A DNA stretch of 62,196 nucleotides, counting the filler, from Sphacelaria rigidula (taxonomy: Eukaryota): NCBI GenBank assembly GCA_964200075.2. It is 7 parts of 7 records of this genome, joined end to end, with 100 filler letters (N's around TTAATTAATTAA, not from the genome) between each part and the next. Parts side by side here need not be neighbours in the genome. Positions count along the whole stretch, not along the records: positions 35,600 to 44,398 come from CAXNAA020010067.1; positions 44,499 to 53,297 come from CAXNAA020010068.1; 5 more parts are not named here. The stretch is one strand, 5' to 3'. Position numbers and translations under genes: made by a program. The notes under the pieces are model-generated. The model ran no database searches, had not been told where the DNA came from, and worked only from the letters and a program-made list of their open reading frames with translations. Shown here in pieces: positions 36,698 through 49,659 of this stretch (the first letter of the stretch is position 1; each line of letters starts with the position of its first letter).

Positions 36698-37908
36698 TAG
36701 GGCTGTGAAGTGGACCACTTGATACTGCCGGTTAAACTGGAACTGGAGTTAAACTGGAACTGGCGACGAGGACGCCAGTTGTCCCGTTTATTTGAGGTTT
36801 GTCGTAACCGGCATTTTTTGTACCAACTTTAGTAGAGTAGATTCATCACAAAGATCATGAGCCCCGAGCGCGTTGAATTGCTAGTTTTCTTGCGTAGCGC
36901 ATGGCAAGTTGCAGAATATGTGGTATAAATTGAGGCGGAGGGCGCTTCGAACGCGTCGAGGGAAATTGTTTGCGGCAATGGCGCGTGAAGCAGGGGTGCA
37001 CAGCTTCACGCTCCGTTTCCCGTGTTTCGGCGGATTTGTACAGCTTTGGTCTGGTGTCCTGTGGTAGTACAATAGCACGTGAAGAACACGTCTGGCCTGG
37101 ACGAGTCACCAGCTAACTACTTCAGGTCTTTTCTGCTTATTTTTATCCCGTTTGCTTCGTTGGTATCTCGTGGTTTTGCAGTGTTTCGTGTTTCGTCCAT
37201 AGCGTGTACGTCAACGGCTGGTCAGTCGAATAAAGAAAATGAAAAAAGAGATGAATTGTGACTTCCGTATATACGGTGCGACGATTGATGTGGAACTGCC
37301 GAACGTCAAACACCAATTGCCAACAAATTGCATGGTGAAGAACGTTCTGAGCATGATGCAGCACATGTTCACCGCACCTCGAAGTGATACTGCAGATAGA
37401 TGCCAAGGTTTGTCGTTTCATTGCACGACATCAGAATCCAAACTAACATAATGCAAAATTCAACACCCGATGGCTTGTTATTCAACTACACACGTGTTTC
37501 TCGCTCTGGACGTGGAGAATTTTGCGCTCGTATCTCCACGTGCTGCCAGCCTTGGCTTCCTAGTTCACATCCTCCGCTGCTCGTCGAGAGTCTCTGCTGC
37601 TGTATGCTACGGATCAATGATTTTCGGATCGCTCGCCGTTCTGAACGAGATTTTAGGGTCAGCCAAGCCTCTACTTAGCTCCTAAATGTGAGGGGTAACA
37701 TCTTTCCCGACTATCCACGATTTTTCAAGGAAAAACAAGCCAAAAACCGCAAATTTTCTTGCCTCCTGCGGCGCTCCCGCGAGTCCCCCTGACCTTCTGG
37801 GGCGGTCTCACCGCTCGCCGCCGAACTAACTGGAAAAGCGCCGATGTACCGGCCAATGTACCGGCCAGTTTAAACTTAACTGATCAGAGGTGCCAGTTCA
37901 CGGCCCTA
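36698..37908. mobile_element. Non-autonomous hAT-like element
   Basis: TIRs TAGGGCTGTGAAGTGG / CCAGTTCACGGCCCTA; 8-bp TSD AATATCAC/AATATCAT; subterminal AACTGG repeats. Confidence 0.8.
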
Positions 37909-38276
37909 AATATCATGGTATACCGTTCTAAACAGCCACAACGCGGTTGCCAACATGTGGAGATTCGGGCGCATGAAACTCCTCTGCTGACTGGTTTGGC
38001 GTGTGTTTAGAATTTTCATGACATGCTGCGAGGAGTCAACACCAACAGGTCAAAGGGGGTGTTATTCCCAATACGTATGAGAAAAAAAGTTGCCTCTTGG
38101 AGACGTACGCGGGAAACATCAAACGAGCACACCTTCAACTAGCATGCGCCACAATGGACTCGACAGCGTACCGTCACCCTGTACGACCACAGAAAAATCC
38201 TTGGTGGTACGTTTCACGTATCATTCAATGCTTGCAGAAATCGACCTCAGAACGAGCGTATTCCTCCAATACGTAC

Positions 38277-38491
38277 CTTGATTGTCGGTTCGAGTGGGGT
38301 GCAGCGTCATGTGCATGGGATATCGCTGCCACGTTGTTGGTCGACCGGTGGTTTGTTGGGTTTACAACGCAGACGCGAGGCAGAAACGCTGTCGATGGAC
38401 AAACTATCGATGCCAAAAACACCAGGAGCGGTGCATTTATGGTTTGGTTCCTGGTCGGTCGAGGATTTCGCCACACCGCCCTTCTAGCCAT
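38277..38491 (-). CDS. Putative first exon of an unknown plastid-targeted protein, divergent from the sigma gene
   Basis: MARRAVWRNPRPTRNQTINAPLLVFLASIVCPSTA-FLP: hydrophobic core plus an ASAFAP-like cleavage motif, then a strong AAG|GTACGT donor. No convincing in-phase downstream exon found. Confidence 0.35.
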
Positions 38492-39128
38492 GCTTGGACG
38501 GTGTACCCTCGGCAGTCGTGGTGAGATACTTCCAAGATTTTCGGCATCACATCTACAACATGATCTTTTGTCCAGACCCGCTTTCCGCAAGACAAATTTA
38601 TCGGCTTTTTGGACCAAGAGGGAGATAGAGAGACAGAGAGAGACGGAGAGAGACGGAGAGAGCTGCAACGGAATGCGTGCCCATGACTTGCCTGACAGTC
38701 GCAAGCATAAACTCAGCACTCCGTAACTCCGCAGCATATGTGTGGTAGCAACCGACGTCCCCGAGGCGCGCTAAAGCATGACACGCAAGAGATGTACATC
38801 AAGTTACGTTTCGATGAGCTAGAATCATGACTCACACAGTGAACAGGAACATGAACAAACACGTTTGTTTTCTCCCTGAATGCAGCAGCGAGGCGAACAA
38901 CCTCGTGGGTATGCCATGGATCCTGCGGGATGGCACTGATAGGTCGCCCGTAGGCCATTATCTCTGGGAATCAATCAGCATCTTCCAGTCGAACCATTAC
39001 TTCAGCACAGACAAGGCTGACTTTGACAGACGGTAAATCTTATACTGCCCGTTCGTTCAGCTGAGTACAACCAACACGAACAAAAGCGAAACTGATCCTG
39101 TGCCCAGGTCGCCATCACGCCTTGAAAG

Positions 39129-39716
39129 ATGGGACCAGCGACGACAGCAGCTGCCTTTTACACCGCTACTCCCTACTTCTCCCCTACACCGCAGCGTAAC
39201 GCTTCACCGCGCCCACGGGCATCAAGGAGGAGACAGCATAACTACAACAACGACGCCTTCCGATCGCGGTGGTGTGATTCCGCATCAAATCCCGCCGCTT
39301 TTTTCGTGTCCGGGATTGTTCTTCTACTAGCATATGCGCCGCCACGCCCTGGAGCTACTGCTGTTGCGTCGGCGGCTGGCGTCGCCCGCACACCCGCGAG
39401 GGCCTACGGCCGCTGCGACCATTCTCCATCTTCGCGCTTGTTGACGACCATGGGCGGGACAGCAGCGACAACAAGGCCATCGCCGGATATCGCGCACGTT
39501 CGCCCTGCGGACAGAGGCCGGCGGGTTGTTCGACTGGCAGAGTCAAAGGGGGTGGCAGTGACCGGGGTGCAGGCAAGCCGAGCGGCGGCGAGAATTGACG
39601 AGGAGGCGGGAAGTGGGGCTGGAATAGATGAGTGGGGCTTGGAGTGTGTTCCTGTTGCGGAAGATGGGGGCAATGGCGCGGGACGGTATGTCTCACCGAT
39701 GCAAACCTTGAGGAAT
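39129..39716 (+). CDS. Nuclear-encoded plastid RNA polymerase sigma factor, exon 1
   Basis: ATG-initiated 196 codons with a hydrophobic stretch (FFVSGIVLLLAYA) and an Ala/Arg/Ser/Thr-rich region. Ends YVSPMQTLRN|GTGAGT in phase 0, joining exon 2 in frame. Confidence 0.7.
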
Positions 39717-42391
39717 GTGAGTTTCTGGAAGCTGCCGGCGGTGGTTACCCTTTGGATCCGCGATGAGGGTAACAGACTTGACACCCCTAAGCGGGGCGAC
39801 TCGATTCCTTGTCTCTCGATTCTGAAGTCTACGGAAGGTGCGCTGCTTGTGACAGTGTCGCTTAATGGTGTTTCGTTGGAAATAGTTTTCTAGTGATATT
39901 TATGTCGAATTTGGGTGTCTCGGGAAGCTAGGGGCGTGCATCTCGAGCATGACGAGGTTCGATTGCCGTTGTCGTGGGGTTGGTATATCCCGTGAAACAA
40001 CGAAGCTCGTTTACAGATGGAGATGCCACAAATGGTTGCAAGCAATTTTTGCCCCGCCGTGCTACACATAATTATTCGGTGTTCTTCAGATAATAGAAAC
40101 AGGGACACACCGAGAGCACTCGTAGCGGCTTGTTTTAATTAGAGACGGGTATTTATTTGTACCGAGACAATTAACACCGTACCGTACCGGCGACGAAGAA
40201 GCTGTACGTAAAAATGTCCCCCCAAATGGTAGATGGACAAACCGCTCCGTGAAGGTTTCGTTTTCGGCTTCAAAACTGGGAGTGATCGTTCTCTCACGCG
40301 ATGAAGATCCGATTCGAAAATTGGGAAGCTATATCATGCATTTTGAGGAAGAACGGGGTACGAATCAAGGTGTCTCTCGCTTGGGCGGCTGATCCTGTTG
40401 GGTTTTACGTTGAGCCCCTTTTTGTCTGCACATCTTGGTAGGAAGAGACATGGGAAGATAAGAACGCAGCGATGAAGAGCGGTACGCAATGGTAATGTAT
40501 GAACAGAAATCGATATCTTCCCAATCGGAGGTGCTTACTTTTTGTCCCGCCCGCGTTTCCCATGAACTTTGAACTTTGAAGGACAAAGTATCGCCACCTG
40601 TCCGTGAAAGCAGAGCAGTCCTTTCCGGTTGTGAATGTCGCCCCCCTCCCCCCGCCCCCCGCAGTCGCGACGCTGCACACCCGAACCACATTTTTGCTCT
40701 GTGCGTATGGGTGCATGATGAGAATTCGAAAGCCATTCAAATGGTGTATTTCGTATGCCGTAGAGGCAAACTCGTCCACTCAACCACGGTACGATTCGTC
40801 GCCATTCTGATGCCGATTTTTCAGCTGCAAATCCCAAGCTACAACCCAAGCGGTATACTACTTACTCACTTTTCGCGGTCTTGAGGCGGCTCCGGAGACC
40901 GCAATAGGTCTCAGTCAAAATGTAGGAAGCGCTGTGACGGGTCGCTCTGACATGCATTCAATTATATTCAAGCCCGGATGGGCCGCTTTTTTGCAACCCG
41001 CGAAGAAAAAGTCCCTCGCACAAGCGCCATGTCGGTTTAGCTCTCGCAGAAGTGTTTTTCACCCGAGAAAGTCAGCTCGGCGGATTATACCACCTTGGAA
41101 GTCATATTTGCTCGCTCTCGGCTCACTTTTTCGCAAAAGTGCGCCGCAACCCTCTTGAACAGTAGGACATTTTTCTCCCGAGAGTTGCTGCATTGGCCTA
41201 CCCTCCTGGACGGGTGAAAAACGCCTCCGAACACTCGAAGCGTATGAGCATAATTCTGAGTTTTTTTTTGTCCCTCCTCAGATCGGAGAAGCGACCGTAG
41301 GCAACGGGGTGTGTAAGCGAGGAAAGGACCCCTGTGCGGGTTTGGTCGCGAGCCGTGCATATCCCATACCTGTATGTCTTTTCCGTAATATCTGCAACAC
41401 ACCAAAAGCAAGATTTATCGGCACAACGTCCATACATGGAGATGGATTTTTGTAGTGAAATGTGAAATTCAACCAATCAGAGGTCCTTCAGTGAGGAATC
41501 GGCGGAATCTAGCGCCAATAAAATGCGACCTTCGTAGTGCATTATGTAGTTAAAAATGCATGTGATTGGCTCGCAGACTCGAGTCACACCTGTAGTGTAC
41601 GGCGGGATGGATAGAACAGCAGCAGAGAAACAAAGCTGCGAGCAGACAAGCAGACAGCGAGTGGTACATTACCGCCGCAGTGGGTCATTGCGATTATCGT
41701 GTCTTGGTATATCCCCATCTTGCTATGGCTGGTTGTATCTTTCCGTGGCCGCGAGCGCTGGCGCCGATACCAGCGGCAGCAGCCACCATGCTGACGGGTG
41801 CAAGCAGTACCCTGGCGGTGAAGTATATCCGCACTGTGCTGTGCATTGCTCCTTTCATCGGAGCACGGTGTCTGACCCAGCTGGTCGAGCGGTGTATACT
41901 GGCGCTGGTTGTGTGGCTTTACCCAGCCATGTTCAGTATCACGCAAGTGATGGGTCCGGGTAACATGAATTTTTCAAGACACAATCACGTGTGTAGACCG
42001 CAGTGCGTCCCGACTGATGCGGTATTTTATAGACGAACACATCCATAAAGCACCTCAAGCAATCTCAGCGGAGACCAAACCGTCTTCGCAATGTCTAAAC
42101 ACACCACAAAACAGTGATGGCTACAGCATATATGAGAGCGGACGTGAGGGTGTTTGTGTTGCAGTACAGTGAAAGAGGACATGTCCCATGTTTGAGCTCT
42201 TCGGGTGATTTTAAACGGGTCCTCAGTGTTTGCCCGGGTGCCGATCTTGAACGCTCGGCCATAATCGCGCTTCACGCAAATAAGTTAATTCACTACAAAA
42301 TCATCCTCATGTATGAGTCATGTGCTGATTCATCGCTCACCTTTGCCGAGACACATTGATTAATTTGATTTAAGGGATTGTCGCATATTAA

Positions 42392-43440
42392 CCCTTTTAG
42401 GACTGAAACTCATTAACAAGGGGTTCACCATGTGTTGGTAAAATAATAAGAAAAAAGTCTGGAAGCGACATGTCCAATCAGGGCGAGTCGAAACTTATCG
42501 ACCACATCCGAACGACCAGTGGGGGGGGGGCTGTCGCCGGGAGTGACGTCTCTGCAGAGTTGGTGTACCCTGTCCCTGACCCACAAAAATAGCCTTCGAA
42601 GCAAGAGAAAGTCCCATTAGTCGGGGCTCGGATTCCCGATTTTTTCATAATTTACTTGTATTTTACGTAGGCCCGACCTCCCATGCCCCGATTTTTTTGG
42701 GTCACCATCCTATAGTAAAACCCAGTTGATAACACTAACACGTCGTGCTCGGGGGAAATTCGGGAATAAATGTACACTACTATATTTGTGGTCATATTCA
42801 CAACGCGACTGAATCTGGCAACGCTGTGGGACGAGAGACGGAGCTAGAGGCATGAGTTCTGCGTATCCCTCTATCGACGCGGTACAAGCGGCGGTGAGGT
42901 CGTATGTAATCGACGGTAACGAACTTGCTGTGTATAGGCAGCTGATCTTCGTCGCGGAGAACTGCCGAGAAGATGTGAGGGAGTATGCAGCGGCAGCTGC
43001 TGCTGCATTCGGAAAGGTGTGCTGCACTGTACTGTATCTGCGGCGCAACATCCATGCCGTTCGAAGATAATTTGCCGCTTGCAACAAAGAGGGAATTCGC
43101 GGCCCACCTCAACCACAAAGGGCTGTGTGGCAAGGTCATGTGGACAATATCCAAGGCCACAAGTGGCGGGCGGCGGTTACCACATCCTGCTCTCCACCGC
43201 GACTCATACTCCTTGATATATCTGTACATTACCTGATGTGCACAACACCCGAATTATAGTCCAGACAGTTCATACCTGCACCTGAAAATAGATTGGATGA
43301 AACTTTCGGTCTTCATCGAACCCTGCCGTTACATACATACGTTGGTTTTTAGCAACATAAACCACTGTTTCATGCATATGCAGGACACGTGATTCCGAAC
43401 CAGCCTCATTGGTCGTTCTGGAGGCCCAGTCCCAAAAGGG
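42392..43440. mobile_element. Non-autonomous piggyBac-like element in sigma intron 1
   Basis: TTAA|CCCTTTTAGGACTG ... CAGTCCCAAAAGGG|TTAC; homologous to 32691-33655. Confidence 0.87.
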
Positions 43441-44006
43441 TTACCTGATCGCCCAGGTATTCAGCCGCAGTCGTTATCCAATATGATAGACGTACCCCGA
43501 GATAACACAAAACGGAAACACTGCCTGAAAGGTGAAGAAAATAGAAAGATGGACCAGACAAATAGAGTAGACTGGAAAAATAAAAAAGAGAAAAAATAAG
43601 TGGGAGTAGCCGGCCTGTGCAACATGGCTTCAGGTGGGAAAGCTCTTGCGCAAAAGCCCATGCATCAATATCCAATCGGAAAAAATAAAAAATGCCATAG
43701 GCACACCATGTTGGGTATGCATATGCGCAAACAAAACAAAGGGAAAGTTGCGCAAAGGTTGGAGAAGTCATCGGTGACAAGCTGAACCATCGTACGACCC
43801 GCTGCGCGCACGTGGTGGAACAGCGGGAGCAAGACCTGATTTCAACCCATTTTAGTTGCCTACGTAGTTGCCAACTAATACTTGTGTGGCACACGAACAG
43901 CCGAGCATGACTCCAAGCAACTAAAATAGTTGTGCCGGGTAGGGTGTGCATCCTTCTCCCGTTGAACAGCAACATGCCGGATATCGGAACGGTTTTTAAT
44001 GTGAAG

Positions 44007-44007
<1 letters not shown>

Positions 44008-44079
<72 letters not shown>
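44008..44079 (+). repeat. (CAA)24 microsatellite
   Basis: Perfect 72-bp trinucleotide run, 87 bp upstream of sigma exon 2. Confidence 0.97.
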
Positions 44080-44080
<1 letters not shown>

Positions 44081-44166
44081 CGCGCATCAATAATACACTC
44101 ACCCCACCGCGTTCTCCACCCCCGAAATATATCAAACGCTACGGATGAATTACCCGCGGCACGCAG

Positions 44167-44340
44167 AGTTTGGCGGGGTTTCCCCGACTATCTCGACAAG
44201 AGGAAGAGGCCTTGGGCAAAGAGGTGCAGCGATGGCAAGAGCTGGAGCGAATTAGGAGTGCATTGGCGGAGCGAACGAGAGGTTCTGATGAGGGGATAAA
44301 CGTCAAGGCGTGGGCCGCGGCGGCAGGAATTAGCGTCGAG
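44167..44340 (+). CDS. Plastid sigma factor, exon 2 (sigma-70 region 1.2 and following segment)
   Basis: SLAGFPRLSRQEEEALGKEVQRWQELERIRSALAER..INVKAWAAAAGISVE matches the cyanobacterial/plastid sigma pattern (PLL..EEE..L...VQ....LE..R..L....WA.AAG). CAG acceptor, GAG|GTACGG donor. Confidence 0.82.
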
Positions 44341-44398
44341 GTACGGGAGGGCGGGAGGGGTGTACTCATGATCATGCATGCCATAGTCATCAGACCAT

Positions 44399-44498
44399 NN
44401 NNNNNNNNNNNNNNNNNNNNNNNNNNNNNNNNNNNNNNNNNNTTAATTAATTAANNNNNNNNNNNNNNNNNNNNNNNNNNNNNNNNNNNNNNNNNNNN
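44399..44498. other. Artificial contig linker
   Basis: N44-TTAATTAATTAA-N44. Confidence 0.98.
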
Positions 44499-45230
44499 CC
44501 ATCGCTGAAAGTGTGGGGAAAACACTGTTTTAGGCTTGAGCCTCATCTCAAAGGTAAACCTCAATTCGCACAATTTGCTGTTATGCCCTGTTTCACTATA
44601 ATGTAGCACATACACATCCATGCCCTCTCACGTGCTGTAGCTGTCACTGCCCTCTCGTGCGTGTTTGGAGCTTGCCAATACAGTTTGGTCGCCGCTGGGA
44701 TTGCCTGACGAGCTCATATTTATCAATAATACAGTATTCGTCTCTGCGGAAAATAACGTCAGGCTGTACGCAGTCCCTTCTACGTGGTGTGGCTGGCTGT
44801 TTCGTAATCCGTAAAACGAACAAGGCACTGCCCCGCACCCATCATTTCTATGCTGCAGTTGTCGCTGTGATGCGGTGTGTTAAAACCCTCTACAACCACG
44901 GTTTGATATGCGCTGGAGAGTGCCTGAACTGCTGTACACTGCCGTGTTGCGGTTTGTACAGAATTGGGATGGGACCAAAGTGCTGTCTATACAGAGTTGT
45001 GAAAAACATCACGCGATGGCTGTGCAGCTGTTGCGTTGTGTCTTCTGTGATGCTTCAGTTGTAGTTGGATACTATGATGGGGGAAGACATACAAGACACA
45101 CGGACTGCTGTATCCTCAGCGACTGATGGTCGCAGCTGTCGGTCTTACAGCGACGCAACGTGTGGGCCAATCAAATCCACTTTGCAACTCGTATGATCGT
45201 AGCCAATAAAATAAGCACAAAGGGGAAGGG

Positions 45231-45441
45231 TGTAATGCGTGAGAGGACCGCGTGCTTAGAGGACCGCGCCCTAGGTCAAAACACCTCAGGGTCAACGATT
45301 TTCAAAACCAATCGGGTCAGTCCTTGGAGGTACCACGCCCCTGATCCGAACCCCAACTATAACCCTACCCCTAACCCTAACCATAGGGGTGTTCAAATTC
45401 CCATGCGGTCCTCTAAGCACGCGGTCCTCTCACGCATTACA
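45231..45441. mobile_element. TGT...ACA MITE (Ginger-like) carrying degenerate (CCCTAA)n
   Basis: Perfect 37-bp TIR TGTAATGCGTGAGAGGACCGCGTGCTTAGAGGACCGC; 4-bp TSD AGGG; CCCTAA-like array at about 45339-45382. Confidence 0.9.
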
Positions 45442-46330
45442 AGGGACTGTCGCACAGAGAAAAACATAAATTGGATTTCTGGGCACGCAGGCCCCAAGAT
45501 CGAAAATATTGAGTTCTTGAGGTAGGGGGTGGGGTGGGGGGGGGGGCACGCCCCTCCTGCTGTTTCCTAGTTCATTTCCGAAGCGTCAGTTGCCGTGTCC
45601 AGAGATCCTTGGCATGGAGACCGATAAGATGGCGGACACGCTGCCCCTCCCAAGCGCATTTACTCACCATCATCATGTTATTGCATTTATGGGAACGTGT
45701 TTCGTGTCGCGTGCCTCGAGTACCTACCAGTACAGTAGTCCGGGCAAGTTGACGAGGCGCGAGATAATGTTGCTCCTTCGGTTGCAGGCTGTCTCTACCG
45801 TGCGCTCGTGTGCATACATGTGTGTGAGCGTGGCCAGCATCCGAGGTCATCGGGACAGAGCGGGCATGGAGCAAAAGCAAGTATACTAACCTCGCAAAAC
45901 CCACCAGACTTTTTGGTTTCTGTCAGTGTTTTCTTGACCGATTTCTTGAAAAAGAAATCACGACATTTTTTTAAAAATTAAAAAATTGAAAAATTGCCCC
46001 CCAAGAGGGCTGGTGGTGGTGGTGGTGGTGGTGGTGGTGGGGGTCCGTGTCCAAAAATCTTCTCCCGACAGATCCTTGAGCGCTCTGCTAATATCTATTT
46101 GAGAACAGTCATACCTCATTTTTCTGAGTAGACAGCGTAGTGTCTTCGGGCTACCATTCAGTGAGAGGGCAGTATTCCAAGTGCCGTACCAGGTGGCAAG
46201 CAACAGCGGGTAAGGGCGAGAGTTGACACTGCTGTGAAAGACCATTGACCAGAAAAACGCCATACATACGGACTGTATGCCGTGCTGTATTTACAGTACA
46301 GATAATACAGTCAGTAGTACGTTGCAGTAC

Positions 46331-46520
46331 CTGCAGTTCCCGAGTTTATCTCAAGAGACGTTCCATCGAACAATGATATGGTCGCCTCAACGGTTACCCG
46401 CCCCATCCACTCAACGACGAACGATCCTCCTCCTCCCTCGCAGTCGACGGCCTCCGCCAGTTGCAAGGCATCAGCCGTGCTGGCAACGTTCATAGTCTTG
46501 ACCTGGGATGGACAAACCAT
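46331..46520 (-). CDS. Adhesin-like / polymorphic-membrane-protein-like family, first coding exon (copy 1)
   Basis: MVCPSQVKTMNVASTADALQLAEAVDCEGGGGSFVVEWMGRVTVEATISLFDGTSLEI resembles the N-terminal module of Ectocarpus adhesin-like proteins (A..LA.A..C.GG.F.V.W.G.V....TI...GT.L.I). CAG|GTAC donor, 190 bp. Confidence 0.65.
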
Positions 46521-47253
46521 CGCACCTCCCCGTACTGCCCGTGTTTGGGTTGCCTTCGGAGCTGTCCTGCCACGTCCTTCTTTCTTCTCTTCCCCGCCTG
46601 CCTACCGGAGACCCTTCGACGTGCAGCGGCAGCCAGTCTTTCGCAGCGCAGCAGTCGATGATCGGTGTGCCCGATGAGCGATGGCGGGTGGTTGATGGGT
46701 GCAGATCAGGGCGCCTGATCAACCACTCTTCTCAAGCAATTACGATGTCCTTGATCTGAACAGGTATATCAAGCAGCCGTACTATGTAGGTGTACTTTAT
46801 TACAACGTCACCGTCTCTCTATCCCGACAGGCATACCGCGCTTGGCACTCACTGTATATTGGCGTAGGCTATACTGTTGACTTACAAGTCCAACCCTGGC
46901 GACGAATAGGATAGGATTCCTCCCCTCGTGCATGAGCGCGCAGCAGGCACACACTCCAGATGCACTTCTTCCCTGAATTTTCAAGCTCTAAACTCGGTGA
47001 GGGGCTATGTTGAGGAGTCGTGCAACTGCATCGACTTCTGCTGCACCGTAAACGCAGCAGCGTAGAACTACCCCGAAAAGTTCACAAGCCGAGAAAACGG
47101 CACGGAATGCCATAAAATTCTCTCCCTACGAGGGTCCAAGAGCAACCTGTCTGTCGACCGTCTTGGACAGGATACGAATTGGCACATGCGACGTGTAAAT
47201 GATACATGTGTGATTTACATCAGGTCGCATATGACCATCTTTTGGGTACACAT

Positions 47254-47770
47254 CGGGGTTTCGAAAAGTGCCTGCGGCGCTGCGGTAGCGGAGCAATGTA
47301 GGAAAATCTGCGCGCAGCGCAGAGTCCTGACGGGCTTATCTGCGGCTTGCCGGAGTTTAGGTTTTGCGCCGCAGACATTTCGCCGGAAGCGAAAACAAAT
47401 TCTGCGGCTTCAAGGCGACGAAAAAATTGGGGGGTCTTTTTTTCTTCAGCATCCGGAGAATTTTTCGTCCATTCATCACGCACAATATTCCGTACCTTGT
47501 TCAAAATATTCTCTAGGCCCTATATGTGCTGGTTTTGAGAGTCAAACCGCTTGGAATAGGTTTTACCACGTACTATACCCATTTTTTGACTGATTTTGGA
47601 CGGTATTTTTAAAGGGAAAGACCAATTTTTTCGCTCCGCCCGGCCACTCTGGAGAGGACTCTACGCGGGCGGCGTCTTTTGGGGGGCTTCTGCGGAGGGC
47701 CGAATATCGCTTTCGGCTCCGGTCTGCGCTACCGCAGACCCTGCCGAACTTTGAACTTTTCGCAACCCTG
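47254..47770. mobile_element. Degenerate hAT-like non-autonomous element
   Basis: Ends CGGGGTTTCGAAAAG / CTTTTCGCAACCCTG; flanks GTACACAT/ATACACAA (6 of 8). Confidence 0.6.
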
Positions 47771-49469
47771 ATACACAAAAACGATGCCATTGCTGCTGCT
47801 TTGATCTTGGGTCATCAACCATTTTGATCAACTCGACACCAGGTGGCGCCGCATTCTGCTGTCGTCGAGTCGCCCGCCGAGAAGACATCGCCAAAAATGG
47901 GTAAATACTGCATCATCACGGGGTGGCAGAATGAACTAATTCCATCCGTGCGGGTCCACCAGTTATTTGGGGGTATTTGCGAGGGTCTGGGGTTGAGTTG
48001 GGTTTGGTTTGCGGTAACAGAATGGAACAAAGGCCCGCTTTTTTTCGCTTCAACTCCTCCGCTCCGTCGGGACGAGTACGTCGTCTCAAGGGATCAACTC
48101 ATCATCTTTCCCCTGGTGCATGCTTTACTTTCATTGGTATCGCGGATTGGATCAACACTCCCGTACCGCGTTGACCGTCGTCTAACAAACTCAGCCGTAC
48201 AGACTCTTCTCGCAACTCACACCCTGAGGTTTTTACAACAACGAAAACCAGATACTTCCGAGAAAAAGCTAAGCGAGATGCATCTGGCGGGAATCGAATC
48301 CACGTTACCTCCCACCACATGATATCAGTTGTATCATTAGACCACCGGAGCTCGGGATACTAACCAACGGAATGCAAAGTATGGGCTCTCGAGAACAGGG
48401 TTGTTCGCCCCAGATACAGTCACACTACAATACCACCACGGAGGGCGTTGCCTCGGGCAACGGAGGTGAGGTGACACGATGCTAAGAAAAAAGTGTCGTC
48501 ACCGAAATTGGTGGGCCCTTGTAGGGATTGAATTTGTAAGAGATCCTGGGCTCTACAAGGGACAAGACTTGGAGCCTGTGGGGCAACGCTTGTGCCGTAT
48601 CTACCGTCGAACCCCTCATCATATTCGTCGCATTTCTCTACACGTCTCGTTCGTTTCCGCTCACCTACTCCTCAGCGATTGCATCACTCCACAAACCCAG
48701 ATCCATCACGTTTCTCAGATGTTTCTCGTCTTGCACTCCGGAATATTCATTTTCCAAGATGGTTCAGAGCACTGCGGTGCATGCGATGTACAATAGCGCA
48801 AGTCGGTTATTCCTGTATGCACGTACCATGCACCTGATTCACCTGTAGCTCCGCCGCACTCCACGCTTCCGTGTATTGCGTCTGCATATCATTTGCTTAG
48901 CTTGGGGATGGGCGTAATCAGCCGATCGGAAAAACAGAGTAGAGGTGTAAGCGGTGTTTGTGCCTGCCGCGAGCTAAGGAGATTAGCGGGCCTCATATTT
49001 CTATAGGTGGGGACATAACTCAACGGTATATCCATTTCTAGACAGTAAACACCGTACGATGCCGCACTTTTCGTTATATATGTTGCACGTGACACCTGGG
49101 GAGATACTGTACGCATACAAAAGAGGTGTAAGCGGTGTTTGTGCCTGCCGCGAGCTAAGGAGATGTATTTTACACCCTACTAAGATGATACAACTGATAT
49201 CTACGCACGCTTTTGGTGTAGCCGAAATTACTCGAAATATGTTGCTTTGATGTGACACCCAAGCTGCACCCATCCACCACCCGACATCGCTCATTAGGCA
49301 CACGGAGCGATTGTCAACAGCTACTCTACTGTGCTATCAACTGACTGCCCCTGCACTTCGGAGGACCTGGGGAGCGCAGACGGGGCAAATAGGAAGGGGG
49401 GGAAGGGGCACAAGGAGGGGGTTTGCAGGACAGCTTCGGCGACGAGCTTCACACGGGCAGTAAAAAAAA

Positions 49470-49659
49470 ATGGTGTGCCCATCCCACATCAAGTTTCTGA
49501 ATGTTACCAACTCGGCTGATGCCTTGCAGCTGGCGGAGGCCGTCGACTGCGAGGGCGGAGGGGGTTCGTTCGTCGTTGAGTGGATGGGGCGGGTGGCTGT
49601 TGAGACAACGATATCGTTGTCTGATGGAACCTCTCTCGAGATAAGCTCGGCTACTGCAG
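49470..49659 (+). CDS. Adhesin-like family, first coding exon (copy 2, inverted paralog)
   Basis: Same 190-bp length and phase-1 CAG|GTAC donor as copy 1; 51 of 63 aa identical; only synonymous changes in the central 27-codon block. Confidence 0.65.

Noticed and set aside
266-44340. Cluster of organelle-related genes (PPR, PEPC, TPK, sigma factor)
   Set aside because: Each lies on a different, artificially concatenated contig, so no real linkage can be inferred.
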